This document shows, piece by piece, positions 12,736 through 27,833 of a DNA stretch of 64,000 nt. Source of the stretch: Octopus vulgaris (Eukaryota); NCBI GenBank assembly GCA_951406725.2, contig OX597840.1, positions 19,902,001-19,966,000 on the forward strand, written 5' to 3'. Positions within the stretch are counted from its first letter, which is position 1. Each line of letters starts with the position of its first letter. The notes beneath the pieces were generated by a model. It did not search any database. It worked only from the letters and a program-made list of their open reading frames with translations, and was not told the origin of the DNA. Position numbers and translations under genes: made by a program.

Positions 12736-13088
12736 GTGTGTATGGTGTGTGGTGTGTGTGTGCTTTTCGAGTGTGTCCTCAATGTGTTCCTAGAGTGGCT
12801 GCTTGATCTGTATTGTAGGCTGTAAGTGCAATTTGCACACAAACGCAGTTAAATGCATGTTAGATATCTGTCTGAAAATTTCCTTCCCCACACTCTCTCT
12901 ATGTGTGTGCGTGCCTGTGTATATATATACGTGTGTGTGTGTGTGTGTGTGGATAGAGATAGATAGATAGATAGATAGATATATAGATAGATAGATAGAT
13001 AAAAGACACACCTACAGAAATAGATTATATATATATATATACATATATATAGATTACATATATATATAGATTACATATATATACAGAT

Positions 13089-13120
<32 letters not shown>

Positions 13121-13146
13121 TATATAGATTACATATATATACAGAT

Positions 13147-13189
<43 letters not shown>

Positions 13190-13204
13190 TACATATACAT
13201 ACAG

Positions 13205-13243
<39 letters not shown>

Positions 13244-13276
13244 GAGAGGCTTGCGTGTGCGGGTTTATATGTGTAA

Positions 13277-13320
<44 letters not shown>

Positions 13321-13724
13321 ATATATATATATATATATCTGCATACACTCACCCTGGCATATTTATAAATATGTTTGCAAGTGTGTGTGTGTGTGTGCGT
13401 CGTCCACACGTGGAAATAGTTAAGTTGCTCAACTCATCCTACAGAAAAAATAGAGAGAGAAAACAAAAAGAAAAGAAGCATAAAAACTATATATATATAT
13501 ATATATATAAAAAAGAAGTAAAACCATGAAAATCCAAATATGGCAAACCTATCAAGGGTGGTAAATGGGGCAGGAGGATGGTTATGGCGGGGTGGGGGAA
13601 GATCTGAGAGGAGAAGGAAAGATATGAAGTGAATATGTTTTTTCTTTAAAGATACGGAAAAATGGAGACGACACGAAAATATGCAAAAATCTTTCTGAAA
13701 AGCCAACAAGTGTTTTAACACAGA

Positions 13725-14115
13725 TTAACGGTTCTAAGCCATTTTATTACCTATGGACCCTTTTGATTGCTATTTCACCCTGGTGGGCCCCACCCCTGCC
13801 GGATTTAGGACAAACGAGACCCTGTGCCAGTTTAGTTATGAGGCCCCTTACTTGAAACGTTTGACATTTGCGACCCCTTATTTGAAGGTTTGATATACTA
13901 TTTTACTCTCTTTTACTTGTTTCAGTCATTTGACTGCGGCCATGCTGGAGCACCGCCTTTTAGTCGAGCAACTCGACCCCGGGACTTATTCTTTTGAAAG
14001 CCCAGTACTTATTCTATCGGTCTCTTTTTGCGGAACCGCTAAGTGACGGGGACATAAACACACCAGCATCGGTTGTCAAGCAATGCTAGGGGGACAAACA
14101 CAGACACACAAACAC

Positions 14116-14146
<31 letters not shown>

Positions 14147-14560
14147 CATATATACGACAGGCTTCTTTCAGTTTCCGTCTACCAAATCCACTCACAAGGC
14201 ATTGGTCGGCCCGGGGCTATAGCAGAAAACACTTGCCCGAGATGTAACGTAGTGGGACTGAACCCGGAACCATGTGGTTGGTTAGCAAGCTGCTTACCAC
14301 ACAGCCACTCCTGCGCCTATATCTTGAAAATTCATCTTAAAAAAATTGAAGGGCTGGTAGGAAGAGCCCCACGTCCCATCTGGTCAACGGGGTCCTGTGC
14401 TTAAGGTCACCTAAGCACAATGGGAAATCCGGCACGGCCCATAGCCGTTTGATTTTATAGAAACTTTCATAATTCCTCTTTTGTTATCCACACTTTCATT
14501 TGTGTAGGTTTGCAATTCCAATCTCTGAAAGAACTTTATTTCAATGACCGGAAACTTGCT
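13725..14560 (-). mobile_element. Nest: hAT-like MITE > TIR MITE (13794-14437) > SINE-B (13900-14320)
   Basis: Outer flanks are the reverse complement of ~3420-3586. Inner TIRs CCCTGCCGGATTT / AAATCCGGCACGG match 12 of 13. A full minus-strand SINE-B sits inside. Confidence 0.6.
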
Positions 14561-14574
14561 TGAAAATAGGAATA

Positions 14575-14738
14575 GGGTCGGTTTCCGGGTTTCTCTGGCA
14601 TATATACATATTCCCCGCTTGGATGGGACGCCAGTCCGTGGCAAAGTGAGATGAAGTGTTTTGCTCTAGTCCAGGAATCGAAACCACAGTCTTACGATCA
14701 TGAATCCAACACGCAAACCACCAAGCCATGCACCTCCA
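14575..14738 (-). mobile_element. SINE family H fragment
   Basis: tRNA head GGAGGTGCATGGCTTGGTGG..GGTTTCGATTCC. Homologous to 41640-41795 and 42740-43082. Confidence 0.65.
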
Positions 14739-14744
14739 CATACT

Positions 14745-14909
14745 ATGTATGTATGTATGTGTGTATGTATGTATGCATGCACGTATGTATGTATGTATGT
14801 ATGTACGTATGTACGTATGTATGTATGTATGTACGTATGTATATGTATATATGTATGTATGTATGTATGTATGTGTGTATGTATGTGTGTATGTATGTAT
14901 GTATGTATG

Positions 14910-14940
<31 letters not shown>

Positions 14941-15325
14941 GTGTATGTATGTAGGTATATACGTATGTATGTATGTATGTATGTATGTATGTATGTATGT
15001 ATGTATGTATGTGTATGTATGTATGTATGTATGTATGTATATGTATGTATGTATATGTATGTATGTATGTACGTATGTATGTATGTGTGTATGTATGTAG
15101 GTATGTACGTATGTATGTATGTATGTATGTATGTATATATGTATGTACGTATGTATGCATGTATGTATGTATGTATGTATGTGTGTATGTATGTATGTAT
15201 GTACGTATGTATATATGTATGTATGTATGTATGTATATATGTATGTATGTATGTGTGTATGTATGCATGCGTGTATGTATGTATGTATGTATGTATGCAT
15301 GTATGTATGTATGCATGTGTGTATG

Positions 15326-15356
<31 letters not shown>

Positions 15357-15510
15357 ATATGCATGTATGTATGTATGTATGTACGTACGTATGTACGTAC
15401 GTACGTATGTATGTATGTATGTATGTATGTATGTACGTACGTATGTATGTATGTATGTATGTATGTATGTATGTACGTACGTACGTATGTATGTATATAT
15501 GTATGTATGT
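14745..15510. repeat. (TATG)n tetranucleotide microsatellite, about 770 bp
   Basis: Directly visible. Confidence 0.97.
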
Positions 15511-15984
15511 AAAAGCCAAAAAGTGACTGATAATACGCTGTATTAATCCTTTTAATCCGTTAATCCCAGTGCCTGACTGGTACCATAAATTCTTTTATTA
15601 TTATTATTATTAATTCCGGAAGGGCGCAAGCCTAACTTGGGTCTTTCAAAGTTTTTAAAAAATCAGAACGTGAAGAGCTGTAACTAGATGCTATGCCACC
15701 AATGTTTTCTACTCGATGCTCTAACGATTTTGCCAAAGTATTGCCCGAGTTTAATGTGCCGTGAGAAAGAGGAGCGGGTTCCCACGATCGTTTGTTTGAC
15801 GAGAATCATGAAAAAGCAACCAAAACATAACAACGCTACTGGATACGTTAGACGTCTATTAGCCACAGTAACTTAATCTATTTCTCTTTTCAACTTTTCT
15901 ATATATATATATTATGTCTTCTCTCGTATTTTTTCTCTATATATTTTGCTTTAATTTAGCCTTCTTAAAGCTCTATATAATATA

Positions 15985-16373
15985 CTAGCAGTATCCCCCG
16001 GCGTTGCTCGGGTTTGTAAGGGAAATAACTATATAAGCATTTTTAGAGATGTAAAGTATAATAGCCATCTCAATATGGCTAACCACAAAGGGGGGGGGGG
16101 AGGTGTTACTGTAGCTTTTTACGTTCTGAGATTTAATAATACATTTTTAGAGAGTTACTTCCCTTATATAATAGCAAAAAAATGCATTAAAAATGGGGGA
16201 AAATTATGGTAAATTTTTTTTAAATCGTAGACCCATTGTAGACGCACGCTAATACTCAGAAGGGCTCGATATGAATCACGACTATAAGATACCCGGTTTT
16301 GGTTAAACTGCACCGCAAAATGTGGGAGTAGTTAGGAATCTAAATCGAAGGAGACAGACACACAATCTTAAGA
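15985..16373 (-). mobile_element. Non-autonomous Helitron
   Basis: Minus-strand 3' end has hairpin CCCGAGCAACGCCGGG then ..CTGCTAG|T. TGTGTCTGTC lies near the 5' end, and the exact 5' TC terminus is uncertain. Confidence 0.7.
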
Positions 16374-16422
16374 TATATTCAAACCTCTATTCACTTACTT
16401 ACTATATATATATGACGGGGAA

Positions 16423-16727
16423 GGCGGTGAGCTGGCAGAATTGTTAGCACGCCGGGCGAAATGCTTTGCGGTTTTTCGTCTGTCTTTTATGTTCTGAGTT
16501 CAAATTCGGCCGAGGTCGACTTTGCCTTTCATCCTTTCGGGGCCGATAAATTAAGTACCGATGCTGGTGTGTTTATGTCCCCGTCACTTAGCGGTTCGGC
16601 AAAAGAGACCGATAGAATAAGTACTAGGCTTACAAAGAATAAGTCCCGGGGTCGAGTTGCTCGATTAAAGGTGGTGCTCCAGCGTGGCCGCAGTCAAATG
16701 ACTGAAACAAGTAAAAGAGAGAGAGAG
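16423..16727 (+). mobile_element. SINE-A/SINE-B chimera
   Basis: SINE-A runs to ..AAGTACC and is joined at the shared ACC to SINE-B (ACCGATGCTGG..). Confidence 0.8.
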
Positions 16728-17795
16728 TTAAAGAGTTATATGCAATCAAACATTTTCAAATTTCTCTCTTCCTCGTCGTGTCTGAATGCCTGTTTGTCTG
16801 CCTGTCTTTCTCTCTCTCTCATTCTTTCCTCATACACGCCGCACACATGTAGATAGATAGATAGATAGATATCCCTTAAAATATAATTATCGAATCAAGA
16901 TAGAATATCTCTCCACATTAAACATTAACAACGGAACACAAAACCTGAAGTGCATTAAGTGTCTGACGACATTCAAGCTGTAGAGATTAAAATGCCAGCT
17001 CGATCCGTCATCGTCACTTGAGAAACACTACAGCACTTTCAAACTACATTTGGAAATCGCAAGATAAAGCACAGACCACCAACATCTAATGAGCTGCATC
17101 AGATAAAGCTCAAGCATTTGAAAATGAATAAACTAAAAAATTCTCCTACACTCTACGTTTCGCAGAGAAACATTATACCGTTCACCAACGTATATGTTCT
17201 TAAACTAAAATTTTTCCTTGAAAAGTTCGAAAAACAACACTTTTCCGCGTCGTCTGCTGCTGCATAAGATATCAACAACCGACGATCTTCGTCGCTTTCA
17301 CGGCCTCGATTCATTACATTACTTTACGGTCTGCTGATAATCACGCTTGTCTGACCGACCGAAACGGCGGCTCCCGTATGTAACCCCAGTTTATCTCACA
17401 TAAATTAACATATTAAATACACTCTACACACGTCCAACATAAAGTAGTATTAAGCACTTTTGTGTTTTTGTACGAAAACAAAGAAATCTCTCTCTCTGAA
17501 TATATATATATACTGTGTATGTGTGTGTGTTTGTGTGTGTCTATGTACATATATTTATTTATTTATTTATGACTGCCCCCTCGTTATCGAGTATGGCCAT
17601 TGCACGAAGCTTAACTGTTACTGGTGCTGTGATCGAATATGACTTTTTAGCCCAGCCAAAGATCTACAAAATTGGCAACTAATAACTTTACCGGTAATAG
17701 CCGGCTGTAGTTGTAACTGGACTTCATGTATCTTTGCATGTCGTTTAAGTCCTCTTGCCGAATTACACTCTCTCTCTCTGTATATATATAAACAT

Positions 17796-18120
17796 ATAAA
17801 GGGAAAGTTTACGAAAAAGTTTACGAAAAAGAACAAAAGGCGATGACAGGTGGTGTACAAAACAAACAGATGTATTAGTATAACGCTCAGGAATAGAAAA
17901 AGTCTTTCACGTTTCGAGCCTACGCTCTTCTACAGAAAGGGACATAGAAAAAACAAGGAGAGAAACAAGGAAAAAAAATGTGTGTAGTGGCTAACGATCT
18001 ATCATGGCGTCTGACTCGGACTGAATGGTCAGACAGGAGAGGGAAAGTAGGGGAGATAACAAGGTAAAGACGACCCCCAACACAAGGGAGCCCCCAACAC
18101 AAAGGTGCGTGTGTGTAGAA
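17796..18120 (-). mobile_element. Family D hammerhead-like element between TA tracts
   Basis: Motif at 17903-17940: CUGUAGA-A-GAGC-GUAG-GCUC-GAAAC-GUG-AAAGA. Confidence 0.75.
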
Positions 18121-18122
18121 GA

Positions 18123-18165
<43 letters not shown>

Positions 18166-18363
18166 CATATATAGAAAGGAATTGCTCTTTCTAGTGATGT
18201 CTTACATCCAAGCGCCCACCTGCTTATCTCTATATCGATTCATTTATAAATGTTTTCATCCATTAAATATATGAGAAGAGAATTTTAGTAATATTCTATG
18301 AAGAAAATAAAGAGTTTGAACACTACAAAATCAATTTAATAACATAGAAGTCAATTACATAAC

Positions 18364-18462
18364 GCCTACGTACGTTTCAATATCTACCTTCATTCATATT
18401 TTACAATATTTTACAATTAAAAATTGCATTACGAATTTAGAAGGTAAAAATGTCCTCAGGGC
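18364..18462 (-). ncRNA. Type-I hammerhead motif with a long stem II
   Basis: GCC-CUGAGGA-[CAUUUUUACCUUC...GAAGGUAGAUAUU]-GAAAC-GUAC-GUA-GGC. Stem III is the palindrome ACGUACGU. It lies about 200 nt upstream of (TA)n at 18125-18162. Confidence 0.7.
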
Positions 18463-18634
18463 TAAAATTGACATGTTCATTTACATCCTAATAGATGTCG
18501 TGTTCACCACAGACTGAATGGTAGCATGTGAATGCGTGCGTCAGCACGTGCGTCCTTGGATTCTATTTAATTAGATCCCAAAGTATGGGAGTGTTCTTAT
18601 AGACACACACATTCACATGCCGCTATTCAATATA

Positions 18635-18848
18635 CTCTTTTCTTTTACTCTTTTACTTGTTTCAGTCATTTGACTGCGGCCATGCTGGAGCACCGCCTTT
18701 AATCGAGCAACTCGACCCCGGGACTTGTTCTTTTGTAAGCCCAGTACTTATTCTATGGGTCTCTTTTGCCGAACCGCCAAGTAACGGGGACATAAACAAC
18801 CAGCACCGGTTGTCAAGCAATGCTAGGGGGACAAACACAGACAAACAA

Positions 18849-18901
<53 letters not shown>

Positions 18902-19068
18902 TACGACAGGCTTCTTTCAGTTTCCGTCTACCAAATCCACTCACAAGGCATTGGTCGACCCGGGGCTATAGCAGAAGACACTTGCCCAAGATGCCACGCA
19001 GTGGGACTGAACCCGGAACCATGTGGTTGGTAAGCAAGCTACTTACCACACAGCCACTCCTGCGCCTA
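18635..19068 (-). mobile_element. SINE-B, full length
   Basis: Matches the family consensus. Confidence 0.9.
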
Positions 19069-19427
19069 CATATAATATTACATTATACTATATTCGTATA
19101 TATTTTATATATGTGTGTGTGTGAATTAGGAAGGAAAAATCTGGAGGTGAGTTTGTTGTTTGGGCTTTCGGAAGGGGTTCTTTTGGGAGTGGTTGGCATG
19201 TCCGTTGTCATTCTGATTATGTCCCAAACAATACAATGACGAAGCCTCGTGCACCCACTCCCAAAAACAGCTTCTTCCCCAAACACAAGAAAACAGATTC
19301 AAATCCAGATTTTTTCTCCACTGACTCACATGAAATATAAAAGGTCTGCGTTTCCCATAACAAATCATTCACCAGGAATCCCCGAAAGGGACGAAAGAGC
19401 AAAATAAATAGTTTTTATTTATATCTC

Positions 19428-19848
19428 AGGCGCAGGAGTGGCTGTGTGGTAAGTAGCTTGCTAACCAACCACATGGTTACGGGTTCAGTCCCACTGCGTG
19501 GCATCTTGGGCAAATGTCTTCTGCTATAGCTTCGGGCCGACCAAAGCCTTGTGAGTGGATTTGGTAGACGGAAACTGAAAGAAGCCCGTCGTATATATGT
19601 ATATATATATGTATTTGTGTGTTTGCGTGTCTGTGTTTGTCCCCCTAGCATTGCTTGACAACCGATGTTGGTGTGTTTACGTCCCCGTCACTTAGCGGTC
19701 CGGCAAAAGAGACCGATAGAATAAGTACTGGGCTTACAAAAGAAAAGAATAAGTCCCGGGGTCGAGTTGCTCGATTAAAAGGCGGTGCTCCAGCATGGCC
19801 GCAGTCAAATGACCGAAACAAGTAAAAGAGTAAAAGAGTAAAAGAGTA
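19428..19848 (+). mobile_element. SINE-B, full length
   Basis: GGCGCAGGAGTGGCTGTGTGG..(AGTAAAAG)3 tail. Confidence 0.9.
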
Positions 19849-19867
19849 TCTTATGTCCTGTTTCTAA

Positions 19868-20153
19868 ATGTGGCTGTGTGGCAAGAAGCTTGCTTCCCAA
19901 CCACACGGCTCCGGGTTCAGTCCCACTACGTGACACTTTGGGCGAGGGTCTTTTACTATAGCCTCGGGCCAATCAGAGCCTTTTGAGTGGATTTGACAGG
20001 CTTCTTTCAGTTTCTGTTTACCAAATCCACTTACAAGGCTTCGATCGGCACGAGGCTATAGTAGAAGACACTTGCCGAAGTTGCCATGCAGTGGGACTGA
20101 ACCTGGAACCATGTGGTTGAGAAGCAAGCTTTTTACCACCCAGCCACTCCTGC
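19868..20153. mobile_element. Two SINE-B 5' halves joined in inverted orientation
   Basis: A + strand half to ~19995 is followed by a - strand half, forming an imperfect inverted repeat. Confidence 0.75.
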
Positions 20154-20251
20154 TTATGTCTGTTTGTGCCTATGTTGTTTGTGTTTGTATTTGAATGTAT
20201 GCATGTTTATACACACACACACACACACACATGCATACATACATACATACA

Positions 20252-20285
<34 letters not shown>

Positions 20286-20300
20286 CATACATACATATAT

Positions 20301-20390
<90 letters not shown>

Positions 20391-20431
20391 AGGTTTGGAG
20401 ATGATGTACAGGTATTTTATATTAGAAGAAA

Positions 20432-20563
20432 TGAGGTACTCAGAAATTCGGATGGTTTTATATTTACAGATATTTATTTGTGTATTACATGTTTTTATAA
20501 AAACATGTAATACACAAATAAATATCTGTAAATATAAAACCATCCGGATTTCTGAGTACCTCA
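20432..20563. repeat. 132-bp near-perfect loopless palindrome, plus an adjacent IR at 20563-20660
   Basis: Centre GTTTTTA|TAAAAAC at 20497/20498 with one mismatch. The whole block is flanked by (TA)n. Confidence 0.92.
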
Positions 20564-20654
20564 AAATAGTAAAAAGTGAAAAATGAACCTTATTAATTTT
20601 TAAATATTTTTTAACCTTTTAAAACTAGCCTTCTGTAGTTTTTTCACTTTTTAC

Positions 20655-20700
<46 letters not shown>

Positions 20701-21079
20701 GCAAGTGGTTGTGCTGGTGTAATTTTTCTGTCTGTGTAGGTCAAAATTCGTCGACATTGTCGTAACATAGCGGTCAACATTTGGAACAGAACAAATGCTG
20801 TGACGTCAGCCAGGTTTCATCAGCACCCATCTCTCACATTCGAACATAGACGCAAGCACTAGTACAAGCACACTCACTCAGACACACTCAGACACACATA
20901 CACACACACAGACGTGTCGGTGTAGTATGACACAGTTGATGTGTCGACAGCCAACTGGAAACGATGCTTTCCTGAAGCTAAAAATTAGTAACATCGTCCT
21001 AAGCAGGACTGCCATTTTACGTTGGCAAATAAACTTTATTTTGCAGTACTGTAGCTACATATTTCTCCACACGTATTCT

Positions 21080-21312
21080 CGGCGAGCTGGCAGAATCGTT
21101 AGCACACTGGGCGAAATGCTTAGCAGTATTTCGTCTGCCGCTACGTTCTGAGTTCAAATTCCGCCGCGGTCGACTTTGCCTTTCATCCCTTCGGGGTCGA
21201 TAAATTAAGTACCAGTTACGCTCTGGAGTCGATGTAATTGACTTAATACCTACGTCTGTCTTTATTTGTCCCCTCTGTGTTTAGCCCCTTGTGGGTAATA
21301 AAGAAATGGGTA
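21080..21312 (+). mobile_element. SINE-A, full length
   Basis: Matches the consensus and abuts the truncated Tc1 element. Confidence 0.9.
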
Positions 21313-21314
21313 TT

Positions 21315-21995
21315 CTCGACCGATGGTCAGAAATAAGGTAAAGGATGACTCGTCCGAGACAAAAACATCCTTCCACTTCTCTAGGGACCAATTCTGTAGG
21401 TTTTTACTCCACTCTAAACGCTTTGCAACGTTTATTTTTGAAAGTAGTGGTTTTTTGATTGCAGCCCTCTCGTAAAAGCTGGCTTTGTGCAGCTCCCGGC
21501 GAACAATTTTTGTGGAAACTGGGTTCTCGAGGTGGTCCTTAAGCCCTGTAGTAATTTTAGGGGGCTGTACTTTTGTGATATTTTCTAACAATTGGCGTAA
21601 GAGTCCGACGGTCCCGAATCTGAAAGTTTTGGTTTCCTTCCGGAGTTTTGTTTCGACGAGGAGGCTTTTCCCTTCTTCTCAAAGGCTGTCATTACTTTCG
21701 AGACAGTACTTCTTCATACACCAAATATTTCGACTGCTTTCGTTACGCTAGCGCCTGCCATACGAGCACCAACGATTTGACCTCTTTGAAAGTTCGATCT
21801 CTCATTTTAATGAATTTTAATTAACTTTTTCTGATGATATCTGAAAAGAAACAGCAATTTTAGCAAAACATATTAATCAACACTAATAATAATAATAAAA
21901 AACATAACAGTAAACAAACTTTTGACGATTTTATAGATATTTCAAAATTATGATGCTATGATGCTAGGTGTTTCCATTATTTTGCCAAACCCCTG
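21315..21995 (-). pseudogene. Tc1/mariner transposon left half with a decayed transposase
   Basis: TA followed by TIR CAGGGGTTTGGCAAAATAATGGAAACACC at 21995. Translation FQRGQIVGARMAGASVTK..GRKPKLS..VSTKIVRRELHK..KKPLLS..KRLEW..WKDVFVSDES covers the HTH domains and the first D of the DDE triad. It carries a stop and frameshifts. Confidence 0.9.
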
Positions 21996-22012
21996 TATAT
22001 ACATACATATAT

Positions 22013-22077
<65 letters not shown>

Positions 22078-22212
22078 TATATACATACATATATATATAT
22101 ATATACATATATATATACATACATATATATATATATATATATATTAGCTGAAACTGGAAAAATCAAAATCAAAATCATATATATATATATATATATATAT
22201 AGACATATATAC

Positions 22213-23275
<1,063 letters not shown>

Positions 23276-23822
23276 TACATATATATATGTATGCTGCTAC
23301 TACTACTACTTCCGCTGCTGTTGCATAAGTACAAAGCAAACAAAGATAACTATCCTCTCACCTTACACATTTCGTCTTCAATAGTTCAGCACACTCCCTA
23401 ACCACCTTATCGGCCCCGGTTTTCAGTGCATTCAACATATCCTAAACAGATAACATTTAAATGTGATACAACACATCCCAGTACACAAACAACACAGATA
23501 ACACAGGAGGTGACGTGACGGCAGCTCAATCGTCTTCCAGAAATAGCACCTCTTCTCCCGCACAGCTTAGACAAGTGAAATCACGTGACAAACAGGTAGC
23601 GCCAAACTCTCTTCCGGCCGAAGCTGCCAGACATTATCTCAACACCATTCTTAGGTAGCGAGGAACAAATCAGAACCTCTTTCACAGACTTTAATCGTTC
23701 AAAAGAACCTGGCAGAGAGAGAATTAAGTATCCCGGAATGCAATATTTCTGCTACTGACGTAGATACTGCAGTATGTACGGACGCATGTATAAGAATATA
23801 TGTGTGTGTGTATGCATGTATG

Positions 23823-24126
<304 letters not shown>

Positions 24127-24584
24127 ATATATATACATATACATACACGCACAGACACATATATATATTTATATATACACATACATTCACATAGATACTC
24201 TGATAGATATATACATATACACACACACACATATATATATATGTGTGCGTGTTTGTATATGTATATTTATATATGGTGTATCTGTAAGCGTTCAACCAAG
24301 TCCAAAGTCTACTGGGATATATATATATATATATACACATACACATATATACGTGCATACATATACATACACACACACACTCCACACACACATATATATA
24401 TATACATATACACACACACAAATATGTATATATGTATGTATATCTGTCTATATATTTATAGGTATATGATTGTGGGTATATATATATATATTATGTGTAT
24501 GTGTGTGTACACATGTATACACACACACACATATTTGAGCAGAGGTTAAGTACATCACACGATAACCTTATCAAGTACTCGATT

Positions 24585-24617
<33 letters not shown>

Positions 24618-25209
24618 GTACTACTGCAACCACCACTACCACCATCGCCATCACCATCACCACCACCGCCACCACCACCAAACCACCACCACCACCACCT
24701 ACTACAGCAACCAAGGCAAAGGTGTGTTAAAAATTTTTAGTCCCAGTGACGAACTTCAAGTGGAATCTATGAATCATCCGTCTGTATCGACGATGAGCAA
24801 TGAGTTTTTCCCCTCGAATGTACTTCCTAGATTTTAACCCTTTGCCCTTCCGAAGCATTTTCGTAGGTGTGCCCTAAACGTCCGTCCTTGTTTTCAGACT
24901 TTCAGTTAACCCTTCTTTCATACGTTCTGAGTTAAAATCAAAGTTTTCTTTTCTGAAGTCCCAAGATATTCTGAAATAAATATAGGGAATGTGTAATATA
25001 TATAAAGAGAAATATGTCCAGTGTATCACATGATACAACGAACAGGCAAAGGGATAAGGATAACAGGACACGTGGTATGTACACTCTCAGGATAGAAATT
25101 AGAATTAAAAAATAAAACGCAAAGGTCTTGGCGAAAACATCTTTAATTATAAGACTACAAGGTTAGCCTTATTTCAGCAAACCATTTTACTCTTTACTTG
25201 TACAAAAAA

Positions 25210-25465
25210 CATTTTCATCTTTACTTTGTTATCCCCCCTACTTTCCCTCTCGTGTGTGACCCTTCTGTCCGAGTCAGTCGCCATGATAGATCGTTAGTCA
25301 CTACACACATTTTTTTTCTCTCGTTGTTTTTTCTGTGTCCCTTTCTGTAGAAGAGCGTAGGCTCGAAACAAAAGACTTTTTCTATTCCTGAGCGTTATAC
25401 TAATACATCTGTTTGTTTTGTACACCACCTGTCTTCGTCTTTTGTTTTTTTCTAAACTCTCCCTA
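25210..25465 (+). mobile_element. Family D hammerhead-like element
   Basis: Motif at 25341-25376 (CUGUAGA core, cleavage-site GU deleted). The 3' end is CTCCC(TA)n. Confidence 0.75.
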
Positions 25466-25591
25466 TATATATACACACATATATATATATATATATATGA
25501 CTGAAGACTGAAGGCTTCGAATGTTCTATCCGTGTGTTTTGTATCGTCTTCTAAATGTTTTACGTTCTTGTCCCAGTTTGTATTTTTCTAC

Positions 25592-25712
<121 letters not shown>

Positions 25713-26279
25713 TTTATATATATATATATACACACACATGTTTTTCTGATAAAGGACGAACGACCGAATCGTCAGATTACTTTCTGTTCCTATAAGCGTT
25801 AAGCTTAATATGGAGTTTGTTAAAACAGTTGTTCATCCTGGATTGTCGTTTTTTATTATTGTTCCTTGTATTTACACACACACACACACACACACACAAA
25901 CATACATACTAATTCCAACTATATACATATATATATTTATATGTGCATATTCACACACACTTAATTAAACACATATTTGAAATGCATAGCTTGATGAATA
26001 AACAAACCGTTTCGTCCCTTTGTGAGAAAGGCTATAAAGTGCAAACACAACGCTTATGATTTCCCGTCGGCAAACACAAAAGACAAAAGAGTGGCAGTTC
26101 TTTCTTGGCATAAATACCTGCCCTCCCTCCACTGGGGAGTTACTGCCATTTATAGCATTATACAATGACCCACTTAAACCTGCAATGTCTAATTTGCATA
26201 ACACGTGGGATTATTCATTCGTAGGGCATTAAACAGTATTTTTTAAAAATATGTATATATATATATGTATATATATATA

Positions 26280-26427
26280 TGTGTATGTATGTATGTATGT
26301 ATGTATGTATGTATGTATGTATGTATGTATGTATGTATGTATGGATGGATGGATGGATGGATGGATGGATGGATGGATGTATGGCTGTATGTATGTATGT
26401 ATGTGTGTATGTATGTATGTATGTATG

Positions 26428-26463
<36 letters not shown>

Positions 26464-26520
26464 TGGATGGATGGATGGATGGATGGATGTATGTATGTAT
26501 GTATGTATTTATGTATGTAC
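26280..26520. repeat. (TATG)n/(GATG)n microsatellite
   Basis: Directly visible. Confidence 0.95.
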
Positions 26521-26593
26521 TGCATATATAAAAACATATCTTTTAAATTTATTTATGGGAAACGTTTTGAATTTACAAATAAAGCTCTTATTC

Positions 26594-26642
26594 CATTATG
26601 ATCTGAAGACACACGTAATCTGTGGAAACGCGCGTAGCAATG
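26594..26642 (+). ncRNA. Type-I hammerhead motif with canonical core
   Basis: CUGAAGA-CACA-CGUAAUC-UGUG-GAAAC-GCGC-GUA. Stem III is the palindrome ACGCGCGU and stem I is weak. It lies about 50 nt upstream of (TA)n. Confidence 0.65.
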
Positions 26643-26688
26643 CATTACATGTGTATAAATTCCACCCAAGGATTATTGTAATTATTAC

Positions 26689-26719
<31 letters not shown>

Positions 26720-26767
26720 GGAATTAATTTGTGTAAAAAAATCAATAGAAAGAGCACTCCTTCTTAT

Positions 26768-27059
26768 AGATGAAAGGCAAAGTCGACCCCGGCGGAATTT
26801 GAAAACATTAGGACGGACGAAATACCTATTTCTTTACTACCCACAAGGGGCTAAACACAGAGGGGACAAACAAGGACAAACAAACGGATTAAGTCGATTA
26901 CATCGACCCCCAGTGCGTAACTGGTACTTAGTTTATCGACCCCGAAAGGATGAAAGGCGAAGTCGACCTCGGCGGAATTTGAACTCAGAACGTAACGGCA
27001 AATGAATTACAGCTAAGCATTTCTCTCGGCGTATTACCGATTCTGACAGCTAACCGCCT

Positions 27060-27060
<1 letters not shown>
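26768..27060 (-). mobile_element. SINE-A plus partial tandem copy
   Basis: Reverse complement of the consensus. Confidence 0.85.
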
Positions 27061-27093
<33 letters not shown>

Positions 27094-27153
27094 GATGATG
27101 ATGATGATGATGATGATGATGGTGATGATACTAACAACAACAATAACAATAAC

Positions 27154-27195
<42 letters not shown>

Positions 27196-27833
27196 TGATT
27201 AAGTAACCAGAAGATGGATTTGGTGATTAGTGTTTATTCTGTACGACGATCGTTTCGACCCATCCTGTCCCTGACGAGTGGGATTCTATGCATCATGTTT
27301 ACATTTTTATTATACACACACATACACACATACACACACACACACACAGAGGGCTTCTGTGTGAATCTTTTACTTGTTTCAGGCATTGGACTCTGGCCAT
27401 GTTGGAGCATCGCGGTCTTCAATGAAGAGTTCAACTGAGGGAGTAAAATACTTGCCATAATCGCCCTTTCTTTCCCAGTCGTCACCAAAAGTTGTAGCAT
27501 CATGAATTGAAACATTCGTGAAAGAATGAGAACACGAGCACTCGGAGAGGGCAAACCTCCGCCAACGCAACACCAATGTCCTCTCAACGATTAACCGGAG
27601 ATGACTTTCAAAATGACAATATCTAAAATAAAATCCTTCAATGAATATCACGAGACCTTTTGGTTTCCTAACCTCTTAAATTCCGGACTTCCTTTAGTAA
27701 TCCTATTGTTTTAGATCCATCTTTGGAATTATGTAGATATGTAAGTATACCGCAAAGGGTTAAAATGTATGTTTAATCTCCTAATACAATAATGAGCATT
27801 GTCTTTATATATCTTTATGCGTAATATATAGTA

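Noticed and set aside
19372-19400. Hammerhead-like CCAGGA-AUCCC-CGAAA-GGGAC-GAAA
   Set aside because: The 5' core is incomplete, and there is no NUH site or stem I.
27240-27300. Half hammerhead GAAAC-GAUC-GUC (-), and a similar partial motif at 25501-25525
   Set aside because: No convincing matching core or stem II. Kept only as possible decayed members.
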